Sequence record: OQ223305.1
Source: Escherichia phage EO1
Reading direction: 5' to 3' (one strand)
DNA: 64,000 nucleotides
Positions 1 to 11,092 of this stretch are shown in pieces (position 1 is the first letter of the stretch; every line of letters begins with the position of its first letter). A program made the position numbers and the translations under genes. A model generated the notes under the pieces. It had not been told where the DNA came from. It ran no database searches and saw only the letters and a program-made list of their open reading frames with translations.

Positions 1-45
1 AATAACTTTTCTACGCATCGTTTGCATTTCTTGTGGCTTTTTCAT
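1..45 (-). CDS. 29: Baseplate hub / tail-length protein gp29, N-terminal 15 codons only (gene continues beyond window start)
   Basis: ATG at 45-43 on the minus strand overlaps the gp28 stop (ATGA); translation [15 protein letters not shown]; matches T4 order 51-27-28-29. Confidence 0.5.
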   Translation of the reverse strand, partial: MKKPQEMQTMRRKVI

Positions 46-575
46 TCAAATAATCCAATAATATTGCCAATTCCGGTTATTGGACCATTAGGGCCAGGAA
101 TTGCTAAAGTTGTAAAAATATCATTTGCCCATTTTAAAACGAATGCTGGCATCTCAAGAAAATTAATTTCTTTAACTTCATCATTGACCTTAAGCAAGCA
201 TTTGGATAACATATCGCTCACCGTTAAAAATTGTTCAAATTTTCCAGGAGGTCTAAAATAAAATGTATTTCCTTGGTATTGAAATTCCAATCTTTGGCAT
301 ACATAAACATCATTAATGTCATAAGTATAACCATCTATTTCTTTACGAGATTTAATCTTTCCATTAAATTCCAATAGATGAATAGAAACGAAATCAACTT
401 CTGCCGGTGATAAATTCGGACAAATAGAATCAATAAGAAGTTTTAAATTTTCATCAGGACCTTTAACATCTTTTAAAATGTTATAATGTTTAAGACCCAT
501 TTTAGGAATAGAAACTTCTTTATTGCTTATTGGAAGAACTACTTTCTTCAGTGGTAGTATCAGATTTAAATTCAT
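42..575 (-). CDS. 28: Baseplate distal hub subunit gp28
   Basis: 177 aa ORF, same length as T4 gp28, downstream of gp27 on the minus strand; start may lie at an internal Met because it overlaps the gp27 end. Confidence 0.75.
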   Translation of the reverse strand: MNLNLILPLKKVVLPISNKEVSIPKMGLKHYNILKDVKGPDENLKLLIDSICPNLSPAEVDFVSIHLLEFNGKIKSRKEIDGYTYDINDVYVCQRLEFQYQGNTFYFRPPGKFEQFLTVSDMLSKCLLKVNDEVKEINFLEMPAFVLKWANDIFTTLAIPGPNGPITGIGNIIGLFE

Positions 576-1695
576 TTTTAACCTTAACTGGGTCTATTGT
601 TTCCAGTTTCGTTGCATTAGTGAACATATATAGATGAGTTACTGAATTATTATTTGATAATTCATGGATGACTTCATCAACGTAAAATTCTGTTTTAAAT
701 TGGTTTTTACTATCGTTAAAAATAATTTTAACGCCAGGTGTCAAGTTAAAATTACCGACAGTAGAACATTTAGCATAGCCATCGTATTGTGCCATAGTTT
801 GAAGACGAATAGCTTCTTCATATCCATTCCTATAAGTCATTTCAGAATAAGCACCTGACCTTGATACCACAATAGAGTTTTCTCCCTTTCCTGTAGTAAT
901 CATTGGCAATGAAGAATCTAAAAATGAATGCGCATAAATAGTAGCATTTTTCATTGGGTCACGTTTATGAGGATTCGATTTAGTCAACCAAACGAAATCA
1001 TATGCTAATGGATATTTTAATTCTTGGATGAATTGACCTATTAAAGATGGCTCACCGACAATCATTGGATACGGTTCTTGATTTATCATCATATCATAGT
1101 CCATCATGTTAACTCCCATGATGTCTTGCCACACAAATACAAATTTGTCACTTCCTACAGCTAGAGCAACTTCTCTAACATACGACAAATAGTTTTCAAA
1201 TGTGCTAGTCCATGGAATATCAGGAACATAAGCATTTATAGCATTTATTGCTGGAGTTAATAACGTGCGATCCTGATAAATGACACCAAGCATTTCCTTT
1301 ATAGATTCACCTGCATCAGAGAAAAACGGTCTGCCAAATTTAAGATTTTCTATAGAATGAATAGTTCCCAATTCAATAGCAATGATGTTATCACCCTTTG
1401 AATCTACAGATACAGAAAAATGCTTACATCCATAAATTCGTGTTTTAACATTATTAATATCGTTTGCATTAGCTACAGAAATCTGAATTATTTCATTTCC
1501 ATCCATTTTTGTATGGATATTTTTAGAATCATAAAACTGCAGCATTCCTTCATTTCGGCCATAAAGAGAATCCCGCATAGTTAATGTGGTAATAGTAGCA
1601 GCTAATTCAACAAATCTATTATTACTCCAAGCGTCGTAGCTATCAAATAATTTAACGCTGAGATTTGGATATCCTGGGCGTTGCAACATACTCAT
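520..1695 (-). CDS. 27: Baseplate hub subunit gp27
   Basis: 391 aa, T4 gp27 length and synteny. Confidence 0.85.
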   Translation of the reverse strand: MSMLQRPGYPNLSVKLFDSYDAWSNNRFVELAATITTLTMRDSLYGRNEGMLQFYDSKNIHTKMDGNEIIQISVANANDINNVKTRIYGCKHFSVSVDSKGDNIIAIELGTIHSIENLKFGRPFFSDAGESIKEMLGVIYQDRTLLTPAINAINAYVPDIPWTSTFENYLSYVREVALAVGSDKFVFVWQDIMGVNMMDYDMMINQEPYPMIVGEPSLIGQFIQELKYPLAYDFVWLTKSNPHKRDPMKNATIYAHSFLDSSLPMITTGKGENSIVVSRSGAYSEMTYRNGYEEAIRLQTMAQYDGYAKCSTVGNFNLTPGVKIIFNDSKNQFKTEFYVDEVIHELSNNNSVTHLYMFTNATKLETIDPVKVKNEFKSDTTTEESSSSNKQ

Positions 1696-2444
1696 TATTG
1701 TTTATCCTTCTCAATCAGTTTTAATACGAATCCGCGCTCAGCAGGAATCATTTTCATTATTGAATTTAAGCTATAATTACTTTTTACGAGCGTGTGATTG
1801 ATTTGATAAAAAGTAAATATTTCATCTGGGTTAACTAATAGCTTAAACACATCTACTATATCAGTGTATTTTTTTACATACTTATTACAGCATGACATAT
1901 GCAATGTTAAATTAATAGGATTCATTGCATCGAGAATTTTTTCTAATGTTTCTATCTCGATGGCATCAACAAGTTCTATTTGGCTTGATTCGCTAATTTC
2001 ATTCCAATCATACCACATTTCATCTACTTGAACGGAATGAATATTTTCAGTAATCATCTTTGCTTTATTTTCATAAAACTCAGAAGGAAACTTTAATTTA
2101 ATTTTAACATTAGCTACATCAAAAACAGGTTCCTTTAATTCTTTTTGATATATTTCAAATGGAACTGTCTTTTCTTTTTTACATTTTGGACATACAAATG
2201 TGACCGGTACTTTAGTTTTACCTATTGACCCTACAAATACCTGCAAAAATATAAATGGTTGCCAAGTCTTCGGATAGTCTCCAAAATAATCAGCAATTAA
2301 ATCAGCAATTATTTCTTTTTGTTCTTGTGGTGACCGATGTTCTATATCGTTTCGAACTAACAAAAAATCTCGATAATCTTCTACCGTAAATGGTTTAAAA
2401 CGATGAACACCATCTGGTAATTTACAACGAATAATGTTTGCCAT
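1695..2444 (-). CDS. 51: Baseplate hub assembly catalyst gp51
   Basis: 249 aa, synteny; divergent from gene 26. Confidence 0.8.
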   Translation of the reverse strand: MANIIRCKLPDGVHRFKPFTVEDYRDFLLVRNDIEHRSPQEQKEIIADLIADYFGDYPKTWQPFIFLQVFVGSIGKTKVPVTFVCPKCKKEKTVPFEIYQKELKEPVFDVANVKIKLKFPSEFYENKAKMITENIHSVQVDEMWYDWNEISESSQIELVDAIEIETLEKILDAMNPINLTLHMSCCNKYVKKYTDIVDVFKLLVNPDEIFTFYQINHTLVKSNYSLNSIMKMIPAERGFVLKLIEKDKQ

Positions 2445-2461
2445 AGATGCTCCTTTTATTC

Positions 2462-2473
2462 TATTTATAAATA
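2462..2473. promoter_or_regulatory. Overlapping divergent T4 late promoters (TATAAATA on + at 2466-2473 for gene 26; on - at 2462-2469 for gene 51)
   Basis: Sequence ctatttataaatatg reads TATAAATA on both strands. Confidence 0.5.
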
Positions 2474-2494
2474 TGATAAATAAAGGAGCTAAAT

Positions 2495-3121
2495 ATGTAT
2501 GAATACAAATTTGATGTGAGAGTTGGTTCTAAAATAATCAACTGTCGCGCATTTACTCTTAAAGAATATCTAGAACTTATTACTGCTAAAAAGAACGGTT
2601 CAGTAGAAGAGATCGTTAAAAAGCTAATCAAAGAATGCACAAATGCAAAAGATTTAAACCGCCAAGAATCAGAACTACTATTGATTCATTTATGGGCACA
2701 TTCTCTTGGAGAAGTTAATCACGAAAACTCCTGGAAGTGCACCTGCGGAACTGAAATACCAACCCATATAAATCTATTACATACACAAATAGATGCACCA
2801 GAAGACCTCTGGTATACACTGGGTGACATTAAAATTAAGTTCCATTACCCTAAAATTTTTGATGATAAAAATATAGCCCACATGATAGTATCATGTATAG
2901 AAACGATTCATGCTAACGGTGAAAGCATTCCAGTTGAAGACTTAAATGAAAAAGAATTGGAAGATTTATATTCTATCATCACAGAGTCAGATATTGTAGC
3001 TATAAAAGATATGCTTTTAAAGCCTACTGTTTATTTGGCTGTTCCAATTAAGTGTCCAGAGTGTGGAAAAACTCACGCTCATGTAATAAGAGGACTCAAA
3101 GAATTCTTTGAGCTATTGTAA
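2495..3121 (+). CDS. 26: Baseplate hub subunit gp26
   Basis: 208 aa, synteny. Confidence 0.8.
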   Translation: MYEYKFDVRVGSKIINCRAFTLKEYLELITAKKNGSVEEIVKKLIKECTNAKDLNRQESELLLIHLWAHSLGEVNHENSWKCTCGTEIPTHINLLHTQIDAPEDLWYTLGDIKIKFHYPKIFDDKNIAHMIVSCIETIHANGESIPVEDLNEKELEDLYSIITESDIVAIKDMLLKPTVYLAVPIKCPECGKTHAHVIRGLKEFFELL

Positions 3122-3519
3122 TGGCAAATATTAATAAGCTTTATTCTGACATTGACCCAGAAATGAAAATGGATTGGGACAAAGACGTTTCCAGATCTCT
3201 TGGATTAAGGTCAATTAAAAATAGCCTTTTAGGAATTATTACAACCAGGAAAGGGTCAAGGCCATTTGACCCAGAATTTGGATGCGATTTATCTGATCAG
3301 CTTTTTGAGAATATGACTCCTCTTACTGCTGATACTGTTGAGCGTAACATTGAAAGCGCAGTAAGAAACTACGAGCCACGTATTGATAAATTAGCAGTTA
3401 ATGTAATACCGGTTTATGATGATTATACTCTGATAGTAGAAATACGCTTTTCAGTCATCGATAACCCTGATGATATTGAGCAGATAAAACTACAACTGGC
3501 TTCCAGTAACAGAGTATAA
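3121..3519 (+). CDS. 25: Baseplate wedge subunit gp25 (lysozyme-like fold)
   Basis: 132 aa, T4 gp25 length, synteny. Confidence 0.85.
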   Translation: MANINKLYSDIDPEMKMDWDKDVSRSLGLRSIKNSLLGIITTRKGSRPFDPEFGCDLSDQLFENMTPLTADTVERNIESAVRNYEPRIDKLAVNVIPVYDDYTLIVEIRFSVIDNPDDIEQIKLQLASSNRV

Positions 3520-3545
3520 TGCTTCACGTATAAACGTGGTATAAT
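3520..3545 (+). promoter_or_regulatory. T4 middle promoter: MotA box TGCTTCA (3520-3526) plus -10 TATAAT (3540-3545)
   Basis: MotA-box consensus about 20 bp centre-to-centre from the -10, in the 66-nt gap upstream of uvsY. Confidence 0.6.
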
Positions 3546-3585
3546 GAATCTAAGTCCATCCAATAACAATTGAATAGAGAACAAT

Positions 3586-3999
3586 ATGAGATTAGAAGAT
3601 CTTCAAGAAGAATTGAAGAAAGATGTGTTTATAGATTCGACTAAATTACAGTATGAAGCAGCTAATAATGTGATGTTATATAGTAAATGGCTCAATAAGC
3701 ATTCAAGTATTAAAAAGGAAATGCTTAGAATTGACGCGCAGAAAAAAGTTGCTCTTAAAGCTAAATTAGACTACTACTCGGGACGAGGAGACGGTGATGA
3801 ATTTAGTATGGACCGTTATGAGAAATCAGAAATGAAGACAGTTCTATCAGCTGATAAGGACGTTTTAAAAGTTGATACTTCATTACAATATTGGGGAATT
3901 TTATTAGATTTCTGTAGCGGAGCTCTTGATGCTATTAAATCACGCGGATTTGCTATTAAGCATATTCAAGACATGCGAGCATTTGAGGCTGGAAAATAA
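3586..3999 (+). CDS. uvsY: Recombination mediator UvsY
   Basis: 137 aa, T4 UvsY length, synteny after gene 25. Confidence 0.85.
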   Translation: MRLEDLQEELKKDVFIDSTKLQYEAANNVMLYSKWLNKHSSIKKEMLRIDAQKKVALKAKLDYYSGRGDGDEFSMDRYEKSEMKTVLSADKDVLKVDTSLQYWGILLDFCSGALDAIKSRGFAIKHIQDMRAFEAGK

Positions 4000-4223
4000 T
4001 GAAATATAGCATTGATGATGCTTTTAATTATGAAGAAGAATTTGAAACGGAAATTCAATTCTTAATGAAAAAGTATAATCTCAAGCGTCAGGATATTCGT
4101 ATCCTGGCCGACCATCCATGCGGTGAAGATGTACTTTATATTAAAGGAAAATTTGCCGGATATCTTGATGAATATTTTTATTCCAAAGATATGGGCATTG
4201 ATATGCATATGAGAGTTATATAA
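3999..4223 (+). CDS. Hypothetical protein (position of T4 uvsY.-1)
   Basis: 74 aa ORF coupled to uvsY stop. Confidence 0.6.
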   Translation: MKYSIDDAFNYEEEFETEIQFLMKKYNLKRQDIRILADHPCGEDVLYIKGKFAGYLDEYFYSKDMGIDMHMRVI

Positions 4224-4251
4224 ATAGATATATAATTTAGAGGAGACAATC

Positions 4252-4419
4252 ATGTCAGATAAGATTTGTGTTGTCTGTAAAACTCCAATCGATTCTGCAT
4301 TGGTTGTTGAAACAGACAAAGGTCCTGTACATCCTGGGCCTTGTTATAATTACATTAAAGAACTACCAGTTTCAGAAAGTTCGGAAGAACAATTAAATGA
4401 AACACAACTTTTGCTATAG
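4252..4419 (+). CDS. Hypothetical small Cys-containing protein (position of T4 uvsY.-2)
   Basis: 55 aa ORF below ORF-track cutoff; RBS aggagacaat before ATG; MSDKICVVCKTP... Confidence 0.45.
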   Translation: MSDKICVVCKTPIDSALVVETDKGPVHPGPCYNYIKELPVSESSEEQLNETQLLL

Positions 4420-4474
4420 TGTGACCTTTAGTCTATAGTTTTGGCCCTTCCTTTTTGGTTGGGCCTTTTTTAAT

Positions 4475-4717
4475 TTAAAAGCTTTCTTCTACTTCATCGT
4501 CTGAATCTTCTAATTCAGCTCTTTTTCCTGCCAAAGCATCTCTCACAGAGATGTCATCAGTGTCTTTTAATTCAGTTTCTTTAACTCTTTTCTTGTAATA
4601 AGCTTCAAGTTCTTCTAGACCTTCTAATGTTTGACATGATGCAATTTTACCCATAAATTCATCAATAGAAGCTTCATAAAGAAATTGTTTAAATTCTAGT
4701 AACATCTTTTTCTCCAA
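4475..4717 (-). CDS. uvsW.1: Small acidic protein UvsW.1
   Basis: 80 aa ORF immediately downstream of uvsW on the minus strand. Confidence 0.6.
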   Translation of the reverse strand: MEKKMLLEFKQFLYEASIDEFMGKIASCQTLEGLEELEAYYKKRVKETELKDTDDISVRDALAGKRAELEDSDDEVEESF

Positions 4718-4730
4718 AGGGCCGAAGCCC

Positions 4731-6242
4731 TTATAAATTAACTGTTTTCATTACGTAATTAAATTTTTCATCTGCGTAGCGCTGAATACGATCAATTCCG
4801 TGTTTTAAAAGATAGTTCAAATGAACGTATTTCTTTTTCGTATTAGCAGATTTTGGCTTAACACCGCAATCATCAATGAGGTCCCATACCGTTGCGATTG
4901 TTTTAGAACCATGCTTACGTAATACGCGACCTATTGTTTGCAATACAATAATTTTAGATTTAACACCGTGTGCTAAAATAACGTGATGCAGATTTTTAAC
5001 TGAAATACCAGTAGAAAATACACCATAACTAGCTACTATAATTATTCCTTTACCGTTTTCAGCTAGGGTTTTCATTACGTTGCGTGTTTCGGTATCAACT
5101 TCCCCTGATACGTAATAAACTTTATCGTATTCATTTTTAATTAAATCGAAAATAGCTTTACCGTGCGATACGTGTTTAAACATGACAAAAGCGTTTTCAT
5201 CTTTTTGTGCAAGTTTAATAGCTAATTTAGCGATCCATTTATTTCTTTTACTGAGCCCAGTAATAATTTTTATTTCTTCTTGGTAAGTTTTTCCCTTTAA
5301 TTTAGTAGTGAACTCATCGGGATAGCGAAGAAAAATACTATTAATTTTTAACTCAGTTACTTGTCCATCTTCCATTAATTTAGAAGTCGTTACTGGCTTA
5401 AATATTTCACCAAACATTCCAACATACTGCATGATATTAGCTTTGCCATCACGCAATGAACCTGATAGACCAAATTTAAACATGCAGTTATTTAAACCTG
5501 ATATGATAGATGAAATACTTTTTCCTGTAGCAAGATGGCATTCATCATTCATCATCATTCCAAACTGTGAGAACCATTCTTTCGGTTGTTTTACTACAGT
5601 TTGCCATGTACCAACAACGACTGGTGCATCATTTTTATATTTATCATCTTTTGATGCTCCGCCGCCAATTTTCTTTATCATTGCATGACTGAATAAACGA
5701 TAATCAACAAAGTCATCAGCCATCTGAGTTGTCAGAGCAGTTGTTGGAACAATGATAAGAATTTTACCTTCATAATTTTCCAAATAATAACGTGCAAGCA
5801 AAGCTTGAATTAAAGATTTACCTGCGGATGTTGGAAGATTAAGAATTCTACGACGATTAACTAATCCTTCGAACACTGCATCTTTTTGATACCAATGCGG
5901 TTCAATTCTTTTATTTCCTGAATAGATTTCTAATTTAGAAAGCCATTCATCAAAATCTTTTCTTGATAATTCTTCTTTTTCGTTAATTTGTGGGTCAATC
6001 CAGGCTTTATAGCCAAAGTTATCACAGAACTTTTTAATTTGCCCGACTAAGCCGAACGGAAGAAGGCGATTATAATCTAAAAGACGGATTCGTCCATCCC
6101 AGTGACCATATTTGTATTTCGGATTAAAACGATACCCATCAGCTTCAAAGCTAAAGAAATCACGGAGTTCATGAAATGTACTTTCTTCACAATCAATTCT
6201 CACGTGACTAAAATCATAAAAATGTACTTTAATGTCAGTCAT
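4731..6242 (-). CDS. uvsW: UvsW DNA/RNA helicase (SF2)
   Basis: 503 aa; helicase motifs (GKS Walker A, DECH box); T4 synteny. Confidence 0.85.
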   Translation of the reverse strand: MTDIKVHFYDFSHVRIDCEESTFHELRDFFSFEADGYRFNPKYKYGHWDGRIRLLDYNRLLPFGLVGQIKKFCDNFGYKAWIDPQINEKEELSRKDFDEWLSKLEIYSGNKRIEPHWYQKDAVFEGLVNRRRILNLPTSAGKSLIQALLARYYLENYEGKILIIVPTTALTTQMADDFVDYRLFSHAMIKKIGGGASKDDKYKNDAPVVVGTWQTVVKQPKEWFSQFGMMMNDECHLATGKSISSIISGLNNCMFKFGLSGSLRDGKANIMQYVGMFGEIFKPVTTSKLMEDGQVTELKINSIFLRYPDEFTTKLKGKTYQEEIKIITGLSKRNKWIAKLAIKLAQKDENAFVMFKHVSHGKAIFDLIKNEYDKVYYVSGEVDTETRNVMKTLAENGKGIIIVASYGVFSTGISVKNLHHVILAHGVKSKIIVLQTIGRVLRKHGSKTIATVWDLIDDCGVKPKSANTKKKYVHLNYLLKHGIDRIQRYADEKFNYVMKTVNL

Positions 6243-6271
6243 GTCTAAATACCATGTAATAAATATATCTA

Positions 6272-6279
6272 TATTTATA
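6272..6279 (-). promoter_or_regulatory. Late promoter TATAAATA (minus strand) upstream of uvsW
   Basis: tatttata on + strand, 30 nt upstream of the uvsW ATG. Confidence 0.4.
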
Positions 6280-6292
6280 CTGAGGAAATATT

Positions 6293-6973
6293 ATGATAGA
6301 TAAAGATTATATTGCAGAGCTGAAGGCTCTTGATGATAATAAAGAAGCTAAGGCTAAATTAGCTGAATATGCTGAACAGTTTGGTATAAAGGTCAAAAAG
6401 AATAAATCTTTTGATAATATCGTTATTGATATTGAAGAAGCCCTCCAGAAGCTCGCTAGTGAACCTATGCCAGAGACTGATGGGTTATCTATTAAAGACT
6501 TAATTAATGCTGCTGATGCTGCAGAGGGATTAAAATATGACGATGAAGAGGTCAATCCAGAAGCAGCACTTCTGATTGATTCTCCGGTTAAATCTGACAT
6601 TAAAATTGAAGTGGTAGAAACGGATAAAATTCCTGAAAATATCGATGTTTTGATTGAAGATACTCCTTTTGTTGAAGAAAAATTCGAACAGGCTGTAGCT
6701 GAGATTATTGAATCTGAAAAGCCGTCTGTATTTACTCTTCCGGAAAACTTTAGTCCGAATCTTCAGCTGATTGGGAAAAATCCAGGATTCTGTACTGTTC
6801 CTTGGTGGATTTATCAATGGATCGCTGAAACTCCGGATTGGAAATCTCACCCAACTAGTTTTGAACACGCGTCGGCACACCAAACTTTATTTAGCTTAAT
6901 TTACTACATTAATCGTGATGGATCAGTTCTAATTCGTGAAACACGCAATTCTTCTTTCGTAACATTAAAATAA
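6293..6973 (+). CDS. inh: Inh, inhibitor of prohead protease gp21
   Basis: 226 aa, synteny next to hoc. Confidence 0.7.
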   Translation: MIDKDYIAELKALDDNKEAKAKLAEYAEQFGIKVKKNKSFDNIVIDIEEALQKLASEPMPETDGLSIKDLINAADAAEGLKYDDEEVNPEAALLIDSPVKSDIKIEVVETDKIPENIDVLIEDTPFVEEKFEQAVAEIIESEKPSVFTLPENFSPNLQLIGKNPGFCTVPWWIYQWIAETPDWKSHPTSFEHASAHQTLFSLIYYINRDGSVLIRETRNSSFVTLK

Positions 6974-6982
6974 GGATAACTT

Positions 6983-8113
6983 ATGGCTTTTACAGTTGAT
7001 ATAACTCCTAAAACACCTACTGGAGTTATAGATCAGACTCAGCAGTTTACTGCTACACCCAGTGGTGAAACTGGAGGTGGAACTATTACCTATGCTTGGA
7101 CTGTAGATAATGTTCCACAAGATGGAACTGAAGCAACTTTTAGTTATGTACTAAAAGGACCTGCCGGTCAAAAGACTATTAAAGTAGTTGCAACAAACAC
7201 AGTTCCAGATACTGATGCTGAAACAGCAGAAGCTACTACAACTATCACAGTTCAAAATAAGACACAGACAACTACCTTAGCTGTAACTCCTGATAGTCCT
7301 GCTGCTGGAGTGATTGGAACTCCTGTTGAATTTACTGCTGCTTTAGCTTCTCAACCATCAGGCGCATCTGCTACGTATCAATGGTATGTTGACGACTCTC
7401 CTGTTAGTGAAGCAACTTCCGCTACATTTAGCTATACTCCAACTACAAGTGGAGTAAAAAGAATTAAATGCGTAGCTCAAGTAACAGCGACAGATTACGA
7501 TACAAAAGAAGTTACTTCTAATGAAGTATCACTGACTGTTAATAAGGAGTCAATGAATCCACAGGTTACATTGACTCCTCCTTCTATTAACGTTCAGCAA
7601 GATGCTTCGGCTACATTTACTGCTAATGTTACTGGCGCACCTGACGCAGCACAAATTACTTACTCGTGGAAGAAAGATTCTTCTCCTGTAGAAGGGTCAA
7701 CTAACGTATATACTATCGATACCTCATCTGTTGGAAGTCAAACTATTGAAGTTACTGCTGTCATTACAGCAACTGACTATGATAGCAAAACAGTTAAAAC
7801 AACAGGTCAAGTTCAGGTAACTGATAAAGTTGCTCCGGAACCAGAAGGTGAATTGCCTTATGTTCATCCTCTTCCACATCGTACTTCAGCTTATATCTGG
7901 TGCGGTTGGTGGGTTATGGATGAAATCCAAAAAATGACTGAAGAAGGTAAAGATTGGAAAACTGACGACCCAGATAGTAAGTACTACTTGCACCGTTACA
8001 CCCTTCAGAAGATGATGAAAGACTATCCAGAAGTTGATGTTCAAGAATCACGTAATGGATACATCATCCATAAAACTGCTTTAGAAACTGGTATCATCTA
8101 TACCTATCCATAA
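6983..8113 (+). CDS. hoc: Hoc, highly immunogenic outer capsid protein (tandem Ig-like domains)
   Basis: 376 aa, T4 Hoc length; repeated Ig-like segments (TATDYD recurring). Confidence 0.85.
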   Translation: MAFTVDITPKTPTGVIDQTQQFTATPSGETGGGTITYAWTVDNVPQDGTEATFSYVLKGPAGQKTIKVVATNTVPDTDAETAEATTTITVQNKTQTTTLAVTPDSPAAGVIGTPVEFTAALASQPSGASATYQWYVDDSPVSEATSATFSYTPTTSGVKRIKCVAQVTATDYDTKEVTSNEVSLTVNKESMNPQVTLTPPSINVQQDASATFTANVTGAPDAAQITYSWKKDSSPVEGSTNVYTIDTSSVGSQTIEVTAVITATDYDSKTVKTTGQVQVTDKVAPEPEGELPYVHPLPHRTSAYIWCGWWVMDEIQKMTEEGKDWKTDDPDSKYYLHRYTLQKMMKDYPEVDVQESRNGYIIHKTALETGIIYTYP

Positions 8114-8117
8114 TATC

Positions 8118-8145
8118 AGGGGCTTCGGCCCCTTTCTTCATTTTG
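8118..8145 (+). terminator. Rho-independent terminator (aggggc-ttcg-gcccct then T-rich)
   Basis: GC stem with UUCG tetraloop followed by ttcttcatttt. Confidence 0.6.
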
Positions 8146-8201
8146 AAAGCACACAAAACACAATCAGAAAACGATGTATATAATGGCACCAACTCGATAA
8201 C

Positions 8202-8417
8202 ATGAGATTGATTATGAGAACTGAGGTTGTGGTGTTTACACTCCATGAGTCTGGAAAGTCATTCATTGAAATTGCTCGTGAATTGAACTTACAGGCAAAA
8301 GAAGTGGCTGTATTATGGGCTCGAGCTATGACTGCTAAGAATAAATTTGAGACTCGAGAAAAAGTTGTCTATAGAAAAAGACATATTAATAAAAAGGTGA
8401 AAAATGGAACAGTATGA
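8202..8417 (+). CDS. Hypothetical basic protein
   Basis: 71 aa ORF between hoc and rnlB. Confidence 0.45.
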   Translation: MRLIMRTEVVVFTLHESGKSFIEIARELNLQAKEVAVLWARAMTAKNKFETREKVVYRKRHINKKVKNGTV

Positions 8418-8682
8418 TCTTTATGAAAATGAATCTTTCGCTAATCAATTACGCGAAAAAGCACTTAAAAGTAAACAGTTTAAACTAGAGTGTTTTATTA
8501 AAGATTTTTCGGAACTTGCTAATAAAGCAGCTGAACAAGGTAAAACATATTTTAGTTATTATTGTACTGCTCGCGATAAATTGATTACTGAAGAAATTGG
8601 TGATTGGCTGAGAAAAGAAGGATTTAGCTTTAAAGTCAATAGTGATCAGCGTGATGGTGATTGGTTAGAAATTACATTTTGA
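8404..8682 (+). CDS. Hypothetical protein
   Basis: 92 aa ORF, translationally coupled. Confidence 0.5.
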   Translation: MEQYDLYENESFANQLREKALKSKQFKLECFIKDFSELANKAAEQGKTYFSYYCTARDKLITEEIGDWLRKEGFSFKVNSDQRDGDWLEITF

Positions 8683-8691
8683 GGATTAATT

Positions 8692-9696
8692 ATGTTTAAA
8701 AAGTATAGCAGTCTTGAAAATCATTACAATTCTAAATTCATTGAAAAACTTTATAGTTTAGGATTGACTGGCGGCGAATGGGTAGCTCGTGAAAAGATTC
8801 ATGGTACAAATTTCTCATTAATTATTGAGCGCGATAAAGCAACTTGTGCTAAACGTACTGGACCGATTCTTCCTGCTGAAGATTTCTTTGGGTATGAAAT
8901 TATTTTAAAGAATTATGCTGATTCCATTAAAGCAGTGCAAGATATTATGGAAACTTCAGCAGTTGTATCTTATCAAGTCTTCGGTGAATTCGCTGGGCCT
9001 GGTATTCAGAAGAATGTCGATTATGGCGATAAAGATTTTTATGTATTTGACATTATTGTTACTACCGAAAGTGGTGATGTGACTTATGTCGATGATTATA
9101 TGATGGAATCATTCTGTAATACATTCAAATTTAAAATGGCTCCACTTTTGGGTCGTGGTAAATTTGAAGAACTTATTAAATTGCCAAATGATTTAGATTC
9201 TGTCGTCCAGGATTATAATTTTACAGTAGACCATGCTGGATTAGTTGATGCAAATAAATGCGTTTGGAATGCCGAAGCAAAAGGTGAAGTATTTACCGCT
9301 GAAGGTTATGTATTGAAACCTTGTTATCCTTCTTGGATGCCTAACGGAAATCGTGTAGCTATTAAATGCAAGAACTCTAAATTTAGTGAAAAGAAAAAGT
9401 CTGATAAGCCTATTAAAGCTAAAGTTGAGCTGTCAGAAGCTGATAATAAATTGCTGGGAATTTTAGCTTGCTACGTTACACTGAACCGGGTAAATAACGT
9501 TATTTCTAAAATTGGCGAAATTGGTCCAAAAGATTTTGGAAAGGTGATGGGACTAACTGTTCAAGATATTTTGGAAGAAACTTCTCGTGAAGGTATTACT
9601 TTAACTCAAGCGGATAATCCTTCTTTGATTAAAAAGGAATTAGTTAAAATGGTACAAGATGTACTTCGTCCGGCTTGGATTGAATTAGTGAGTTAA
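8692..9696 (+). CDS. rnlB: RNA ligase 2 (RnlB)
   Basis: 334 aa; ligase motif I lysine in EKIHGTNFS; T4 synteny. Confidence 0.85.
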   Translation: MFKKYSSLENHYNSKFIEKLYSLGLTGGEWVAREKIHGTNFSLIIERDKATCAKRTGPILPAEDFFGYEIILKNYADSIKAVQDIMETSAVVSYQVFGEFAGPGIQKNVDYGDKDFYVFDIIVTTESGDVTYVDDYMMESFCNTFKFKMAPLLGRGKFEELIKLPNDLDSVVQDYNFTVDHAGLVDANKCVWNAEAKGEVFTAEGYVLKPCYPSWMPNGNRVAIKCKNSKFSEKKKSDKPIKAKVELSEADNKLLGILACYVTLNRVNNVISKIGEIGPKDFGKVMGLTVQDILEETSREGITLTQADNPSLIKKELVKMVQDVLRPAWIELVS

Positions 9697-9698
9697 AT

Positions 9699-9727
9699 AA
9701 AAAGGGACCGAAAGGTCCCTTTGTTTT
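9699..9727. terminator. Bidirectional terminator between convergent rnlB and gene 24
   Basis: agggacc-gaaa-ggtccct with A-run upstream and T-run downstream. Confidence 0.6.
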
Positions 9728-11009
9728 ATTCATCAACGATAATTTTTGGTAGCTTAACACCTAATAAAACAGACAAATCTGAACGACCCGCCATTTTATC
9801 CATGTCTCCACCATCAATTATTCTTGCTTCTTTTTCATCTTTTGCTACAGTGTAAGGATTTGCAGATAAAGCATATCTAACCAATAAACCGATAGATGGC
9901 TGCAAACTTTCTGGATCGACTACAACTTTAAATGCACCTACATGTTCAGGGTCATCTAAGTCAAGACCTTCTGTATACGGAGCATAGAAAATTGATCCGA
10001 CAATTTCTTTTTCACCGATATTTTCTACTACACCAACGATTACATAATCTAATGGGCTGTTAGTATCGCAATAAAGCGGTAAACCATTAGCTAAGAACCC
10101 ATAGGCATTTTGTGAAAGATATTTATCATCTTCTGGTTTATGTTTTAACCAACCTGATGCAGCAAGAATCGCAGCGGCACGAGCTGAAGCAACACAGAAC
10201 GTTGCAGTATAAGTTGATTCTTTTTGGATATGCGAAACCATTTCACATACCATTCGGTATAATGAACGACCAGCTTCAGGTGCAGATGCATAACTCAAAT
10301 CAATGAATCCGGTATCAGTAATTCCTGTAACTTTATAGCGTTTTGATACTGTAATCAAAGACTGTAGAATATCTTTATTGATTTCATCCGCCATTTCAGT
10401 TGCAAGCAAATCTTCCAAGAAATTAGGAGCATCGAATCCATTTGCTTCTAAATCTTGTGCTAATTCAACTGTGATACCAGTTTTAAGTTTACGAGATTTA
10501 ACAGCGGTTTGCCATTTATTAATCTGGAATCTAGCATCCGCAATTTCGCTATCAGAGCTTTCAAATTTGCTTGTTACTGCAGCATCAGAAAATAGACGAA
10601 CCTTTAAAAGAACAATTGCAATCTGAAGAGCTAATTCTAAATCACTTTCTTCAATGGTAGCAAATGGTGTATCTTCTAATACTTTATAAACGATATTATT
10701 ATATTTGAATAAATCGCCTTTATTGAGAGTTAATTTAGACTCTTCTGTTAATTCTGTGATTTGTTCTCGGTCTACGTACCCAGCTTCGCCAGCGTAAGTA
10801 GCACCAGTTTTAAATGTAAATTCGTTATCTGGGTTAAGGTATTTGATACCATAAAAAGCAGCAACAGGTTGATTAGTTCTTTGCGTTGCTACAATGTCAG
10901 AATATATTAATTTAGTGGTAGCGCGAGTCAAAGCAACGAGATTTGGGCGACCGATTGAGTTGCTATTCGTTGTGGTTGATTCGCGCAGAAGTTCGTTGAT
11001 TTTAGCCAT
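9726..11009 (-). CDS. 24: Capsid vertex protein gp24
   Basis: 427 aa, T4 gp24 length; paralog of gp23; synteny. Confidence 0.9.
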   Translation of the reverse strand: MAKINELLRESTTTNSNSIGRPNLVALTRATTKLIYSDIVATQRTNQPVAAFYGIKYLNPDNEFTFKTGATYAGEAGYVDREQITELTEESKLTLNKGDLFKYNNIVYKVLEDTPFATIEESDLELALQIAIVLLKVRLFSDAAVTSKFESSDSEIADARFQINKWQTAVKSRKLKTGITVELAQDLEANGFDAPNFLEDLLATEMADEINKDILQSLITVSKRYKVTGITDTGFIDLSYASAPEAGRSLYRMVCEMVSHIQKESTYTATFCVASARAAAILAASGWLKHKPEDDKYLSQNAYGFLANGLPLYCDTNSPLDYVIVGVVENIGEKEIVGSIFYAPYTEGLDLDDPEHVGAFKVVVDPESLQPSIGLLVRYALSANPYTVAKDEKEARIIDGGDMDKMAGRSDLSVLLGVKLPKIIVDE

Positions 11010-11036
11010 TGCGCTTTCCTTTTAGTTTATATGATT

Positions 11037-11044
11037 TATTTATA
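11037..11044 (-). promoter_or_regulatory. Late promoter TATAAATA (minus) upstream of gene 24
   Basis: tatttata on + strand in the 23-24 intergenic region. Confidence 0.5.
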
Positions 11045-11060
11045 CCATAAAAACAACTAA

Positions 11061-11078
11061 AGGGACCCGAAGGTCCCT
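11061..11078 (-). terminator. Terminator hairpin after gene 23
   Basis: gggacc-cgaa-ggtccc stem followed by U-rich tract on the minus-strand transcript. Confidence 0.55.
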
Positions 11079-11092
11079 TAAATCGTCAAAGA

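Noticed and set aside
22-261. 79-aa plus-strand ORF at the window start
   Set aside because: Lies antisense within gene 28; no RBS or synteny support; a spurious frame.
4420-4474. Possible bidirectional terminator between uvsY.-2 and uvsW.1
   Set aside because: Only a 5-bp GC stem with a 13-nt loop; too weak to call.
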